From an uncultured Blautia sp. (GTDB lineage: Bacteria > Bacillota > Clostridia > Lachnospirales > Lachnospiraceae): a stretch of 64,000 nucleotides of DNA. Each line of letters starts with the position of its first letter. Positions within the stretch are counted from its first letter, which is position 1. Below the pieces are notes generated by a model. The model did no database searches. It was not told the origin of the DNA and saw only the letters and a program-made list of their open reading frames with translations. Positions 10,263 to 21,161 of this stretch are shown here, piece after piece. The DNA lies in assembly GCA_944380235.1 (NCBI GenBank), contig CALWHD010000097.1:28641-92640 (forward strand), given 5' to 3'. Position numbers and translations under genes: made by a program.

Positions 10263-10700
10263 ATGACAACATTAATTCAGATCACCATCGCAGCAGCTTT
10301 AATTTTAAGCATCATCATTCCTTTCGGAACTTTCTTCCTGGGAGAAAAGAACCGGAAACGCTACAAAAAATCCCTTGCCTGCAACTGTTTCTTTTTCTTC
10401 GGCGCTCTTCTGGTGGGAACCATTGTTATGTTCGGAGGAACGGTAAGCGCATCTGCCGCCTCAGAGGCTTCTGCTTCCGGTCTTGCGGAAGGCCTTGGAT
10501 ACCTGGGCGCGGCTCTTGTTACCGGTCTTTCCGGCATTGGTTCCGGTATCGCTGTGGCTTCTTCCGCAAGTGCGGCTCTCGGCGCTATCAGCGAGGACGG
10601 GTCTCTTTTCGGTAAGTCCATGATCTTCGTAGCTATGGCAGAAGGTATTGCCCTGTACGGTCTGATCATTTCCTTTATGATTCTCAGCAGACTGGGCTGA
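10263..10700 (+). CDS. ntpK: V/A-type ATPase proteolipid subunit K (c)
   Basis: Gly-rich helix GLSGIGSGIAVA and catalytic Glu in MAEGIALYG. Confidence 0.93.
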   Translation: MTTLIQITIAAALILSIIIPFGTFFLGEKNRKRYKKSLACNCFFFFGALLVGTIVMFGGTVSASAASEASASGLAEGLGYLGAALVTGLSGIGSGIAVASSASAALGAISEDGSLFGKSMIFVAMAEGIALYGLIISFMILSRLG

Positions 10701-10719
10701 TAAGGAAAGGATGATTTCC

Positions 10720-11028
10720 ATGAAAATGTTTTTGATCAGTGACAACATTGATACTTACACCGGCATGCGCCTTGCCGGCGTGGAAGGCGTGGTTGTCCAC
10801 AAAAGAGAGGAGCTGAAGAAAGCTCTGGAGGATGCGATCGGCAATAAAGAAAACGGCATTGTCCTCCTGACAGAAAAGTTCGGCAGAGAATTTCCGGATA
10901 TTATCGACGATGTCCGTCTCAACCACAGACTTCCTCTCCTGATTGAGATCCCGGACCGTCACGGCACCGGACGGGCGCCTGACTTCATTACTTCTTATGT
11001 AAATGAAGCCATTGGATTAAAACTATGA
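10720..11028 (+). CDS. ntpG: V/A-type ATPase subunit F (NtpG in Enterococcus nomenclature)
   Basis: DTYTGMRLAGV and PLLIEIP motifs, about 102 aa. Confidence 0.92.
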   Translation: MKMFLISDNIDTYTGMRLAGVEGVVVHKREELKKALEDAIGNKENGIVLLTEKFGREFPDIIDDVRLNHRLPLLIEIPDRHGTGRAPDFITSYVNEAIGLKL

Positions 11029-11044
11029 CAAGAAGGTGATTCAT

Positions 11045-11629
11045 ATGACAACGGAAGAAAAACTGAAGCATTTCTATGAGGTTTCCATGGACACCGCCAG
11101 AGAAGAGGCACGAAAAGACCTCTCCGAATATCAGTCAAACCTGAACAGGGAACTGGAAGAGTACAAGGCACAGAAGCTGGAAGCTGCGCACCATCAGTAT
11201 AAAATAGAATCCGATAACGCTGCCAGACAGATTAACAAAGCTCTGTCTGCGGAGCATCTTCATATCAAACGGCAGATTTCAAAGAAACAGCAGGAACTGC
11301 GGGAGAAACTGTTCCTGGAGGTCAGGGAAATGCTGGAGAAATTTGCACACACCGAAGAATACGTACAGTGGAATAAGGAAAAAATCCTGGAATCCCTGGA
11401 GATCGCAGGTGACGATGAAATAAAAGTTTATCTCACTGCATCCGACGCCCCCTTACAGGAACGCCTCGAAAAAGAAACCGGAGTTCCCCTCCTTCTCTCT
11501 GAAGCACCTTTCCTGGGAGGCATCAAAGCTGTGATTCCGGAGAAAAATATCCTTATTGACAATACGCTTCTTACTCTGTTTGAGACAGAAAAAGAAAATT
11601 TTAATTTTGACGGAGGGCTGATGGAATGA
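11045..11629 (+). CDS. ntpE: V/A-type ATPase subunit E
   Basis: N-terminal coiled coil, C-terminal LGGIK...ILIDNT motif; stop overlaps the ntpA start (ATGA). Confidence 0.88.
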   Translation: MTTEEKLKHFYEVSMDTAREEARKDLSEYQSNLNRELEEYKAQKLEAAHHQYKIESDNAARQINKALSAEHLHIKRQISKKQQELREKLFLEVREMLEKFAHTEEYVQWNKEKILESLEIAGDDEIKVYLTASDAPLQERLEKETGVPLLLSEAPFLGGIKAVIPEKNILIDNTLLTLFETEKENFNFDGGLME

Positions 11630-13392
11630 AAAGAACTGGTATAATTTATGGCATTAACGGCCCGGTCATTTACTTAAAAGGCAACACAGGTTTTAAAATG
11701 TCAGAAATGGTCCATGTAGGGGAACAGCATCTGGTAGGGGAAGTCATTTCTCTTACTAAAGATACCACTACGGTACAGGTGTTTGAGGAGACCAGCGGAT
11801 TAAAACCCGGAGAGACCGTGACAGCTACCGGGGATGCGATCTCCGTCATGCTGGGTCCGGGGATCCTGGACAATATTTTTGACGGCATTGAACGCCCCCT
11901 CTCTGTGATCGCAGAGCAGTCGGGAAAATATATCTCCAGAGGAATGCAGGTAGATTCCCTGGACACGGAAAAATTATGGGATGTACACATGACCATACAG
12001 GAAGGCATGGAAGTCTACGGTGGTACGATTATCGCCGAAGTGCAGGAAACCGCTTCCATTGTCCATAAATCCATGGTTCCTCCTGATATTCACGGAAAAG
12101 TGAAAAAAGTCCTCCCGGATGGGAAATATACTGTGTCTCAGACGATTGCTGTCCTTCAGCTGGATAATGGAAAAGAATACCCGCTGAAACTGGCACAGAA
12201 ATGGCCTATCCGCATTCCCCGCCCCACAAGCAGGCGTTATCCTGCCTCCCGTCCTCTGGTAACAGGACAGCGTATCCTGGATACCCTGTTCCCAATCGCC
12301 AAAGGGGGAACGGCAGCGGTTCCGGGCGGTTTCGGCACAGGAAAGACCATGACCCAGCACCAGATCGCCAAATGGTCAGACGCTGACATTATCATCTATA
12401 TCGGCTGCGGAGAACGTGGCAACGAAATGACCCAGGTTCTGGAGGATTTTTCCAAACTCCACGACCCCAAGACAGGAAATCCACTGATGGCGCGCACCGC
12501 TCTCATTGCCAATACTTCCAACATGCCCGTGGCGGCACGTGAGGCATCCATCTATACAGGCATTACCCTTGCGGAATATTACCGGGATATGGGATATGAT
12601 GTGGCGATCATGGCAGATTCCACTTCCCGCTGGGCAGAGGCATTACGTGAACTGTCCGGCCGTCTGGAAGAAATGCCTGCTGAGGAAGGATTCCCTGCCT
12701 ATCTTGCCTCCAGGCTTTCTGCTTTCTATGAGCGGGCAGGCATGATGCAGAACTTAAACGGCACAGAAGGATCTGTCTCTATTATCGGGGCCGTCTCTCC
12801 TCAGGGCGGGGATTTTTCCGAACCAGTGACACAGAATACCAAACGTTTTGTCCGCTGTTTCTGGGGGCTTGACAAATCCCTTGCCTATGCCCGCCACTTC
12901 CCGGCGATCCACTGGCTGACCAGCTACAGCGAATATTTAAACGATCTCTCCCACTGGTACAGCGAGAATGTATCGCCCCGCTTTGTGGAATACAGAAACC
13001 GTCTGATGGCCATTCTGAACTCTGAGAGCAGCCTGATGGAGATCGTTAAGCTGATTGGAAGCGATGTTCTTCCCGATGATCAAAAACTGACTCTGGAAAT
13101 CGCAAGAGTCATCCGCCTGGGCTTTCTCCAGCAGAACGCCTTTCACCCGGATGATACCTGTGTCTCCCTGTAAAAACAGTTTAAAATGATGGAGATCATT
13201 CTCTATCTGTACAAAAAATGCAGGGCACTCATTTCCATGGGTATGCCTGTCTCAGTACTGAAACAGGAAAATATCTTTGAGAAGATCATCTCCATAAAAT
13301 ATGATGTACCCAACAGTCAGCTGGAAAAAATAGATGATTACAAGAAAGCTGTTGACGACTTTTATAATACTGTTATGGAAAAGAACGGATAA
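11626..13392 (+). pseudogene. ntpA: V/A-type ATPase catalytic subunit A interrupted by an in-frame TAA at 13171-13173
   Basis: Walker [15 protein letters not shown] and PAEEGFPAYL are intact. After DTCVSL-TAA the same frame continues KQFKMMEII...EKNG to 13392, giving a 588-aa restored length. Confidence 0.9.
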
Positions 13393-13406
13393 GGAGGGAC
13401 TGATTT

Positions 13407-14795
13407 ATGGCAATTGAATATCTGGGCTTAAGTGAGATCAATGGCCCTCTGGTAGTCCTGGAGGGTGTAAAAAACGCCTCCTATGACGAAATCGTAGAAT
13501 TTAAAGTAGAAGATAATTCCAAAAAACTGGGACGTATCGTGGAAATTTATGAAGATAAAGCGGTGATCCAGGTATTTGAAGGAACCGAGAACATGTCTCT
13601 TTTAAATACCAGAACAAAACTTACCGGACATCCTATGGAAGCCGAACTTTCCCCGGATATCCTGGGACGCACCTTCAATGGCATCGGAAAACCCATTGAT
13701 GGACTGGGTCCTGTGATTCCTGAAATGAAGCTGAACATCAACGGGCTTCCCCTGAATCCTGTCACAAGAGAATATCCGCGAAATTTTATCCAGACAGGAA
13801 TCTCTGCCATCGACGGACTGACTACCCTGATCCGGGGACAGAAGCTCCCCATCTTCTCAGGAAACGGTCTTCCCCATGACCAGCTTGCCGCACAGATCGT
13901 AAAGCAGGCGTCACTTGGAGGAAACAGTGATGAGAAATTTGCGATTGTATTTGCCGCCATGGGTGTAAAATACGATGTGGCTGAATTTTTCCGCCGTACC
14001 TTTGAAGAAAGCGGTGTATCAGACCATGTTGTCATGTACTTAAACCTTGCCAATGACCCTGTGGTGGAACGTCTCATCACTCCCAAGGTGGCGCTGACTG
14101 CTGCTGAGTACCTTGCTTTCGAAAAAGGTATGCATATTCTTGTCATCCTGACAGACATTACCTCTTTCTGTGAAGCAATGCGTGAAGTCTCCTCCTCCAA
14201 AGGAGAGATTCCTTCCAGAAAGGGCTATCCCGGATATCTGTACAGTGAGCTGGCTACCTTGTATGAACGTGCCGGAATCGTCCGGGGAGGCACCGGATCC
14301 GTGACGCAGATCCCTATCCTGACCATGCCCAACGATGATATCACCCATCCCATCCCTGACCTGACAGGTTATATCACAGAAGGGCAGATCGTACTGGAAA
14401 GGCAGCTTCACGGCCAGGCGATCTATCCGCCTATCAATGTACTTCCATCCCTGTCGCGTCTGATGAAAGACGGCATCGGAGAAGGTTTTACCAGAGAAGA
14501 CCACCAGGACGTGGCAAACCAGCTTTTCTCCTGCTACGCAAAAGTGGGAGATGCCAGAGCTCTTGCCTCTGTTATCGGTGAAGACGAGCTTTCTCCTATT
14601 GACAAGAAATATCTGGAATTCGGCACTGCTTTTGAGGAACAGTTTGTAGGTCAGGGACCTGAAGAAAACAGAAGCATTCTGGACACTTTGAATAAAGGCT
14701 GGGAACTTCTGGGCATGCTCCCCAAAGAAGAACTGGACCGTATTGACACTAAGATTCTGGAAAAATATTATATTCCCAGAGAAGAGACAAAATAG
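13407..14795 (+). CDS. ntpB: V/A-type ATPase subunit B
   Basis: [44 protein letters not shown]. Confidence 0.97.
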   Translation: MAIEYLGLSEINGPLVVLEGVKNASYDEIVEFKVEDNSKKLGRIVEIYEDKAVIQVFEGTENMSLLNTRTKLTGHPMEAELSPDILGRTFNGIGKPIDGLGPVIPEMKLNINGLPLNPVTREYPRNFIQTGISAIDGLTTLIRGQKLPIFSGNGLPHDQLAAQIVKQASLGGNSDEKFAIVFAAMGVKYDVAEFFRRTFEESGVSDHVVMYLNLANDPVVERLITPKVALTAAEYLAFEKGMHILVILTDITSFCEAMREVSSSKGEIPSRKGYPGYLYSELATLYERAGIVRGGTGSVTQIPILTMPNDDITHPIPDLTGYITEGQIVLERQLHGQAIYPPINVLPSLSRLMKDGIGEGFTREDHQDVANQLFSCYAKVGDARALASVIGEDELSPIDKKYLEFGTAFEEQFVGQGPEENRSILDTLNKGWELLGMLPKEELDRIDTKILEKYYIPREETK

Positions 14796-14862
14796 ACCGT
14801 ACATCTGCCGCCCTGAAAATCTGTGGGCGAACTGTCTGTTTTCATAAAGAAGAGGTGATGTT

Positions 14863-15483
14863 ATGGATCCCAATACCTTCCCGACCAAGGGAAACCTGAT
14901 TCTGGCAAAAAATTCCCTTGCCCTTTCCAGGCAGGGCTTTGACCTGATGGATAAAAAAAGGAATATCCTTATACGGGAGCTGATGGAACTGATCGATCAG
15001 GCAAAAGATATTCAGTCCCAGATCGATATCACTTTCCGCACTGCCTATGCGGCTCTGCAGAAAGCAAACATGGAAATCGGGATCAGCCATGTCCAGGAAA
15101 TCTCCAGGACAGTTCCTGTGGAAAATTCCATCTCCATCAGGACCCGAAGTGTCATGGGCACAGAGATCCCTCTGGTGCGCTCCGACCCGTCACTGGATAC
15201 TCCCACCTACTCCTACTACGGCACAAAAGCCTCCCTGGACGAGGCCCGTGCCGCCTTTGAAAAGGTAAAACAGCTGACGATCCGGCTTTCCATGGTAGAA
15301 AATTCCGCCTATCGCCTGGCGGTCAATATCAAAAAAACCCAGAAGCGGGCAAACGCCCTGAAAAATATTACCATTCCCAAATATGAGGCTCTGACAAAAA
15401 GTATTTCCAACTCCCTGGAGGAAAAAGAGCGCGAGGAATTTACCCGCTTGAAAGTCATCAAGCGGATGCAGGGAGGCAGCTGA
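14863..15483 (+). CDS. ntpD: V/A-type ATPase subunit D
   Basis: FPTKGNL, KKTQKRANAL, EREEFTRLK. Confidence 0.96.
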   Translation: MDPNTFPTKGNLILAKNSLALSRQGFDLMDKKRNILIRELMELIDQAKDIQSQIDITFRTAYAALQKANMEIGISHVQEISRTVPVENSISIRTRSVMGTEIPLVRSDPSLDTPTYSYYGTKASLDEARAAFEKVKQLTIRLSMVENSAYRLAVNIKKTQKRANALKNITIPKYEALTKSISNSLEEKEREEFTRLKVIKRMQGGS

Positions 15484-15490
15484 TATCCTG

Positions 15491-15529
15491 TGGCAATCGA
15501 CAGTACGCTTTTCCAGCCGTCTGTTGCCA
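15491..15529. repeat. Palindromic intergenic element, copy 2
   Basis: TGGCAATCGACAG-N13-CCGTCTGTTGCCA. Confidence 0.5.
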
Positions 15530-15534
15530 TGAAT

Positions 15535-15582
15535 AAAAAGAGAGAAGACTGCACAGCAGACACCGTGCGTCTTCTCTCTTTC
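15535..15582. terminator. Bidirectional intrinsic terminator between ntpD and phoR
   Basis: AAAGAGAGAAGAC...GTCTTCTCTCTTT inverted repeat between convergent genes. Confidence 0.75.
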
Positions 15583-15624
15583 TGTTCTTATACAGCTGCA
15601 TCTTTCTCTGCATTCTGCTTTCTT

Positions 15625-17283
15625 CTATTTTTCCGGCAGTACCAAAATAAATTTACTTCCTTTTCCAAGAGTGCTCTCTACCTTTACTTCAGCTCCCAGG
15701 TACATGGCACCATGTTTTACAATAGACAGTCCAAGCCCGGTTCCTCCGATTGCCTTAGAATGGCTTTTATCCACCCGGTAAAATCTCTCAAAGATCCTTT
15801 TCTGGTCTTCCGGTGAAATTCCAATCCCTTCATCCTGTACTGAGATCCTTGCCTCTGCACCGTCCTCTTCAATGGTCACGGTAAGATTTCCGCCTTTTTT
15901 ATTGTACTTGATGCCATTGTCGCAGAGATTATTCAGAACCTCATCCAAAATGGTCTGCACTGTATTCACCTTCACGTGAGGACCATACAGATACAGGTGC
16001 ACTCCTGCCGCGTCTGCCCGCTCTTCCATTCTTCTAAGGATCTCTTTACACAATTCATAGAGGTCTGTCTCTTCCTTTTCGTAAGGCAGTTTCCCTTCAT
16101 CCAGCTGTGAGATCTTTATCACATCATTGACAAGCGTGATCAGACGCTGTGCCTCTTTGAAGATCCTTCCCGCAAATTTTCTGGTGTCTTCCGGTTTTAC
16201 AAATCCGTCATTAATGATCTCCGCAAAGCCTGAGATAGAGGTCAGAGGTGTTTTCAGTTCATGGGAAACATTTGCAGTAAATTCCCTGCGCATCTGCTCC
16301 CCTTTCATACGCTCCGTCACATCCAGGATCAGAAGAACTGCACCGCTGATCTCCCCCTCATGAAACACAGGGTTGGCGGCAATCTGGCAGCTTCTGTCTC
16401 CAAAATCAAGCATAGTGATCACATGCCTTCCGGAGAGAACTGCCTCCACGATCCTCTGAAATTCCTGGCTCCTGTTCATTGCCAGAATACTTCTCTTTTC
16501 TTTGGATTCCTCTGCCCCCAGCAGTTTTAAAGCACTGGAGTTGTAGGACAGCACTTCTGTGTGCACGTCAATGATGACAAATCCTTCTTCCATATTCTCT
16601 GTAATAATGGAAAATTCATCCTGCTGTCTTTTGGCATCCGCGATTTCTCTTTTGATTTGTTTCTGCTGCCTGTTGATCTTTGTCAGAAGCGGCGCAATCT
16701 CATCATACACCTGGTTTTCCTCTGGTTTTTCCAGATCCAGTTTATTGATCGGATCCACAATTGCCTTTGAAACCCGATATGCCATCCACGCCGATATTGC
16801 TGCCATCAGGATCAGGATGATAAGGATAGGCTGGATCATACCTCCCAGCAGTCCGGGAAGATTATACTGGGTACTGGAAACCCTCAGCACCTTCCCGTCC
16901 GAAAGCCTTACAGCATAGTACAGGGTTCTCTGCGAAAGCGTATCTGACTCTCTCACTGCAGTTCCCGCTCCCTGCTGGAATGCCTCCTGGATCTCTTCTC
17001 TGTCACTGTGGTTTTCCATAGCGTCCTCGTCTGCTCTGTTGTCAAACAGTACTGTACCGTCCGTATCAATGTACGTCACACGCTCCGCGTCTGCGGGCAG
17101 GCTTTCAAATGCCTCTATCCCTTCTTTCTCCACTGATACAGAAAGATAAGACGCTTCTCTTCTTAATTCTTCTTCCAGCTGGCCTCCGAAATGGTAGTAT
17201 AAAATACCCATAGTCGCCCCTGTACTGACTATAAGCCCAATGACGGCGACCAGGAGAATGGATCTTAAAATACGTTTTGTCAT
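15625..17283 (-). CDS. phoR: PhoR-like sensor histidine kinase
   Basis: Two TM segments, PAS-like region, FTANVSHELKTPL, RIFERFYRVDKS, GTGLGLSIVKH; lies in the pst operon. Confidence 0.9.
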   Translation of the reverse strand: MTKRILRSILLVAVIGLIVSTGATMGILYYHFGGQLEEELRREASYLSVSVEKEGIEAFESLPADAERVTYIDTDGTVLFDNRADEDAMENHSDREEIQEAFQQGAGTAVRESDTLSQRTLYYAVRLSDGKVLRVSSTQYNLPGLLGGMIQPILIILILMAAISAWMAYRVSKAIVDPINKLDLEKPEENQVYDEIAPLLTKINRQQKQIKREIADAKRQQDEFSIITENMEEGFVIIDVHTEVLSYNSSALKLLGAEESKEKRSILAMNRSQEFQRIVEAVLSGRHVITMLDFGDRSCQIAANPVFHEGEISGAVLLILDVTERMKGEQMRREFTANVSHELKTPLTSISGFAEIINDGFVKPEDTRKFAGRIFKEAQRLITLVNDVIKISQLDEGKLPYEKEETDLYELCKEILRRMEERADAAGVHLYLYGPHVKVNTVQTILDEVLNNLCDNGIKYNKKGGNLTVTIEEDGAEARISVQDEGIGISPEDQKRIFERFYRVDKSHSKAIGGTGLGLSIVKHGAMYLGAEVKVESTLGKGSKFILVLPEK

Positions 17284-17960
17284 GATACTCCCCCTATTTT
17301 ATATCCCATACCCCGGACAGTTTCGATAAAATGTCCCGCTGTTTTCAGTTTCTGCCGCAGAGTTCTGATATGTACATCCACAGTCCTGCTCTCTCCATCG
17401 AACTGGTATCCCCAGATTTTGTCCAGAAGCTGTGCTCTCGTAAAAACAATTCCGGGATTGGATAGAAGAAGAAACAGCATTTCAAATTCCTTTATGGTCA
17501 GAGTAATCTCTTCCCCATCCACTTTCACCTGATGCTTCTTTCTGGAAACATACAGATTTTCCAGCGTATACTCCTCATCTGACCCTTCTTCCAGCTTTCC
17601 TGCTCTGCGAAGAAGTGCTTTTACCCTGGAAACCAATTCCATCATTCTGAAGGGTTTTGGAATATAATCGTCCGCCCCGCTGTCCAGACCTTTTACCGTA
17701 TCATATTCACTTCCCTTTGCTGTCAGCATGGCAATAGGAAGCTGCCTGGTATCTGATCTCTTTCTCAGCTTTGTGAGAATCTCCAGACCATCCTCCTCCG
17801 GAAGCATAATATCCAGAAGAATCAGATCCGGTATGCTCTTATCCATTGCCTTCCAGAAATCAGAAGGGAGAGAAAAGCCCTCGGCTTCCATCCCCTGGCT
17901 GTTCAGAGTATATACCACCAGTTCTCGGATACTGTCATCGTCCTCTACCAAATAAATCAT
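17280..17960 (-). CDS. phoB: PhoB/PhoP OmpR-family response regulator
   Basis: VEDD, LDIMLP, KPF, SRTVDVHIRTLR, ETVRGMGY; between phoU and phoR. Confidence 0.88.
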   Translation of the reverse strand: MIYLVEDDDSIRELVVYTLNSQGMEAEGFSLPSDFWKAMDKSIPDLILLDIMLPEEDGLEILTKLRKRSDTRQLPIAMLTAKGSEYDTVKGLDSGADDYIPKPFRMMELVSRVKALLRRAGKLEEGSDEEYTLENLYVSRKKHQVKVDGEEITLTIKEFEMLFLLLSNPGIVFTRAQLLDKIWGYQFDGESRTVDVHIRTLRQKLKTAGHFIETVRGMGYKIGGVS

Positions 17961-17962
17961 AA

Positions 17963-18616
17963 TTACTCCTGTTCTGAATCGTCATGTTCCCCTGTAATCG
18001 AATATTCTACCCACTGGGCAATATTTTCCGCATGGTCTCCGATTCTTTCAAAATATTTGGCGATCATAATCAGATCCATATAATATTCTGCATTCTGAGA
18101 ATCATCGATCACCTTTCCTGTCAGTTCCTCTTTTACCTGAAGGAAAAGATTATCCACCACATCATCATATTTTACCACATTGCGGGCTGTTTCTATATTA
18201 CTTTTTACAAAAGAGTCGATACTTTCTGTTACCATTTTTATGGTAGCTTCAGCCATTTCTCCAATATGGATCGTATGTGCGATCTCCTGAACCTGTACAA
18301 ATTTTGACATTCCCGCAATATCCTGCGCCTGGTCACCGATCCTCTCCATGTCCGAGATCATTTTCAGAGCAGACGAAATCTGCCGGAGATCACTTGCCAC
18401 AGGCTGCTGCTGCAGGATCAGTTTCATGCAAAGAGCTTCGATCTCTCTTTCCTTATGGTTGATCTCCATCTCAATCTGATTTACTTCTTTTGCTTTTTCT
18501 GCCTCTGCTTTCATCAGCTGATCCACTGCCAGACGGATGGCGCGTTCACACAGTGCACCCATTTTGATCAGCTCCCGGTTTAATTCTTCAAGCTGCTGGT
18601 CGAATTTCAGTCTCAT
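17963..18616 (-). CDS. phoU: Phosphate signalling protein PhoU
   Basis: QQPVASDLR and duplicated ERIGD motifs. Confidence 0.96.
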   Translation of the reverse strand: MRLKFDQQLEELNRELIKMGALCERAIRLAVDQLMKAEAEKAKEVNQIEMEINHKEREIEALCMKLILQQQPVASDLRQISSALKMISDMERIGDQAQDIAGMSKFVQVQEIAHTIHIGEMAEATIKMVTESIDSFVKSNIETARNVVKYDDVVDNLFLQVKEELTGKVIDDSQNAEYYMDLIMIAKYFERIGDHAENIAQWVEYSITGEHDDSEQE

Positions 18617-19371
18617 CAGCCAAACCTCCCTGTAATGTAATCTTCGGTTTTCTTATTCTTAGGCATAGAAAAAATCTGTTCCGTCTCACCGTATTCAATC
18701 ACTTCTCCCAAAAGGAAGAAGGCTGTCTTATCAGAAATACGGGCTGCCTGCTGCATGTTATGGGTTACCATGATAATGGTATAATCTTTCTTAAGTTCTA
18801 CTGCCAGCTCTTCGATCTTGGAAGTAGAGATCGGGTCAAGAGCAGAAGTAGGCTCATCCATCAGCAGTACCTCCGGTTCTACTGCCAGAGCCCTGGCAAT
18901 ACACAGACGCTGCTGCTGTCCGCCGGACATGCCCAGCGCACTTAATTTCAGTCTGTCCTTTACTTCATCCCAGATTGCTGCACTTCTCAAAGAGCGCTCC
19001 ACGATATCATCCAGTTTTACCTTGGAGCGGATGCCGTGGGTCCTGGGACCATAGGCAATGTTGTCATATATGCTCATGGGGAAAGGATTTGGTTTCTGGA
19101 ACACCATACCAACTCTTTTCCTTAAAAGATTGATATTCATATCACCGTAGATATCTTCTCCGTCCAGTTTAATGTCACCTGTGATCTTACAGCCTTCCAC
19201 CAGATCGTTCATACGGTTTAAGGATTTTAGAAGTGTGGATTTGCCGCAGCCGGAAGGTCCGATGAAGGCAGTGATCTCATTTGCTTCAATCTCCAGGTTA
19301 ATATTTTTCAGCGCTTTAAACGCACCATTATCATAATATAAATCCAAATTGGAAATAGAAAACTTGCTCAT
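18616..19371 (-). CDS. pstB: Phosphate ABC transporter ATPase
   Basis: [51 protein letters not shown]. Confidence 0.98.
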   Translation of the reverse strand: MSKFSISNLDLYYDNGAFKALKNINLEIEANEITAFIGPSGCGKSTLLKSLNRMNDLVEGCKITGDIKLDGEDIYGDMNINLLRKRVGMVFQKPNPFPMSIYDNIAYGPRTHGIRSKVKLDDIVERSLRSAAIWDEVKDRLKLSALGMSGGQQQRLCIARALAVEPEVLLMDEPTSALDPISTSKIEELAVELKKDYTIIMVTHNMQQAARISDKTAFFLLGEVIEYGETEQIFSMPKNKKTEDYITGRFG

Positions 19372-19379
19372 GGAATTTC

Positions 19380-20258
19380 TTATCCTTTCTTTATCTTACG
19401 GGCAATTCTGCCGGATATCCAGTTAATGACCAGTACAACAAGCAGTAAAACAACTGCTGTGGCATACGCTTTATCAATATGCAGTCCTTCGCTTGCCAGT
19501 GTGTACATGTGAAGAGAAAGCGTTCTCGCAGAAGACATAACACTGCTTGGAAGTTCTGCCACAGTTCCTGCTGTATACATCAGCGCTGCTGTTTCACCTA
19601 CAATACGTCCGATGGACAGAATAATCCCGGATAAGATTCCCGGAATGGCAGACGGAAGGATTACTACAAAAATAGTTCTCAGTCTGCCTGCACCCAGACC
19701 GAAGCTGGCTTCCCTGTACATATCAGGCACAGCCAGAAGCGCTTCCTCTGTAGTCCTCATAATAACAGGAAGGACCATGATCGCCAGGGTAAAGGCACCT
19801 GCCAGCATGGAATATCCCCATTTTAAAGTCGTTACAAAAAACAGCATACCAAACAGACCGTATACAATAGAAGGAATACCGGTCAGTGTTTCCGCGGTGA
19901 CCCGCACGACAGAAACCAGTTTATTTCCCTTTTTTGCATATTCTACCAGATAAACAGCCGCAAAAATTCCCAGAGGACCTGCAATGACAAGAGACAACAG
20001 TGTCATGAGAATCGTATTGATGATAGACGGAAACATGGAAACATTCTCAGAATTATATTCCAGCTGGAATAAATCTGCACTCAGGTTTGGAATTCCTTTC
20101 ACCAGTATGTATCCAAGAATAAAAACTAAAGTTAAAACTGTGATCAGCGCCGCCAGCCCTACCAGAACCGCCAAAATCAGGGAACCTGGGCTGTTGGAAT
20201 AGGATTTGATGCGCTGTTTCATATTCTGTGCATTGATTGGTTGGATTGCCTCAGGCAT
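19380..20258 (-). CDS. pstA: Phosphate ABC transporter permease PstA
   Basis: [28 protein letters not shown]. Confidence 0.96.
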   Translation of the reverse strand: MPEAIQPINAQNMKQRIKSYSNSPGSLILAVLVGLAALITVLTLVFILGYILVKGIPNLSADLFQLEYNSENVSMFPSIINTILMTLLSLVIAGPLGIFAAVYLVEYAKKGNKLVSVVRVTAETLTGIPSIVYGLFGMLFFVTTLKWGYSMLAGAFTLAIMVLPVIMRTTEEALLAVPDMYREASFGLGAGRLRTIFVVILPSAIPGILSGIILSIGRIVGETAALMYTAGTVAELPSSVMSSARTLSLHMYTLASEGLHIDKAYATAVVLLLVVLVINWISGRIARKIKKG

Positions 20259-21126
20259 TTGCTCCCCTCCTCTTTACTAATGAGAATAACAGATTGATCA
20301 GCAGGATGAATACAAACAATACAACTGCTGTGGCGATCAGGGCTTCTCTGTGAAGATCTGTAGCATATCCCATTTCGATCACGATATTGGATGTCATGGT
20401 ACGCACACCTTCAAAGATACCCTTTGGCATACGGGGCTGATTGCCTGCGATCATGATAACTGCCATAGTTTCTCCGATAGCTCTTCCGATTCCCAGGATC
20501 ACTCCTGCCATAATTCCTGACTTTGCTGCAGGAACCACTGTAAAAAATACACTTCTTTCATGGGTGGCGCCAAGAGCAAGCGCGCCTTCATAATAGCTGT
20601 TGGGCACTGCGCGGATGGCGGATTCTCCTACACTGATAATCGTGGGAAGAATCATGATGCCCAGCATTACAGAAGCAGTAAACATACTGGAACCATTTCC
20701 TCCGAATCCCAGCTGTCTTCCAAAAAAGTCCCTGACAAAAGGAACCAGAACTACCATACCAAAGAATCCATATACAACTGAAGGGATTCCTGCAAGCAGA
20801 TCTACCGCCGGCTTTACAAATCTGTAAATATTATCCGGACAGAATCTCGCCATAAAAATAGCGGTGAGGATTCCTATGGGTACACCGATAACAATCGCAC
20901 CGGCCGTTACATAAATACTTCCTAAAATAAACGGCAGAATTCCATATATGTCATTTCCCGGCTTCCAAGTCTCTCCCAGCAGAAAGTTAAAAATCCCTAT
21001 TTTGCCAATGGCCGGTACACCATTGGCAAATAGGAATACACAAATCAAAATTACTGCCAGAATGGAAGCGCATGCACAAATCAGAAACACATATTTCATA
21101 ATCGTTTCTTTCACGTCTTTCATCAC
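20251..21126 (-). CDS. pstC: Phosphate ABC transporter permease PstC
   Basis: LLAGIPSVVYG, GRAIGETMAV. Confidence 0.96.
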   Translation of the reverse strand: MMKDVKETIMKYVFLICACASILAVILICVFLFANGVPAIGKIGIFNFLLGETWKPGNDIYGILPFILGSIYVTAGAIVIGVPIGILTAIFMARFCPDNIYRFVKPAVDLLAGIPSVVYGFFGMVVLVPFVRDFFGRQLGFGGNGSSMFTASVMLGIMILPTIISVGESAIRAVPNSYYEGALALGATHERSVFFTVVPAAKSGIMAGVILGIGRAIGETMAVIMIAGNQPRMPKGIFEGVRTMTSNIVIEMGYATDLHREALIATAVVLFVFILLINLLFSLVKRRGANA

Positions 21127-21161
21127 ACTTTGCTCCTATTCTCATTCAACAAAACTGTTGA

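Noticed and set aside
13171-13173. Alternative genetic code, selenocysteine or pyrrolysine recoding
   Set aside because: TAA ends many normal genes in this window and is not a Sec or Pyl codon.
13186-13392. Independent 68-aa gene
   Set aside because: Same frame as ntpA, matches the expected C-terminus of subunit A, and has no SD.
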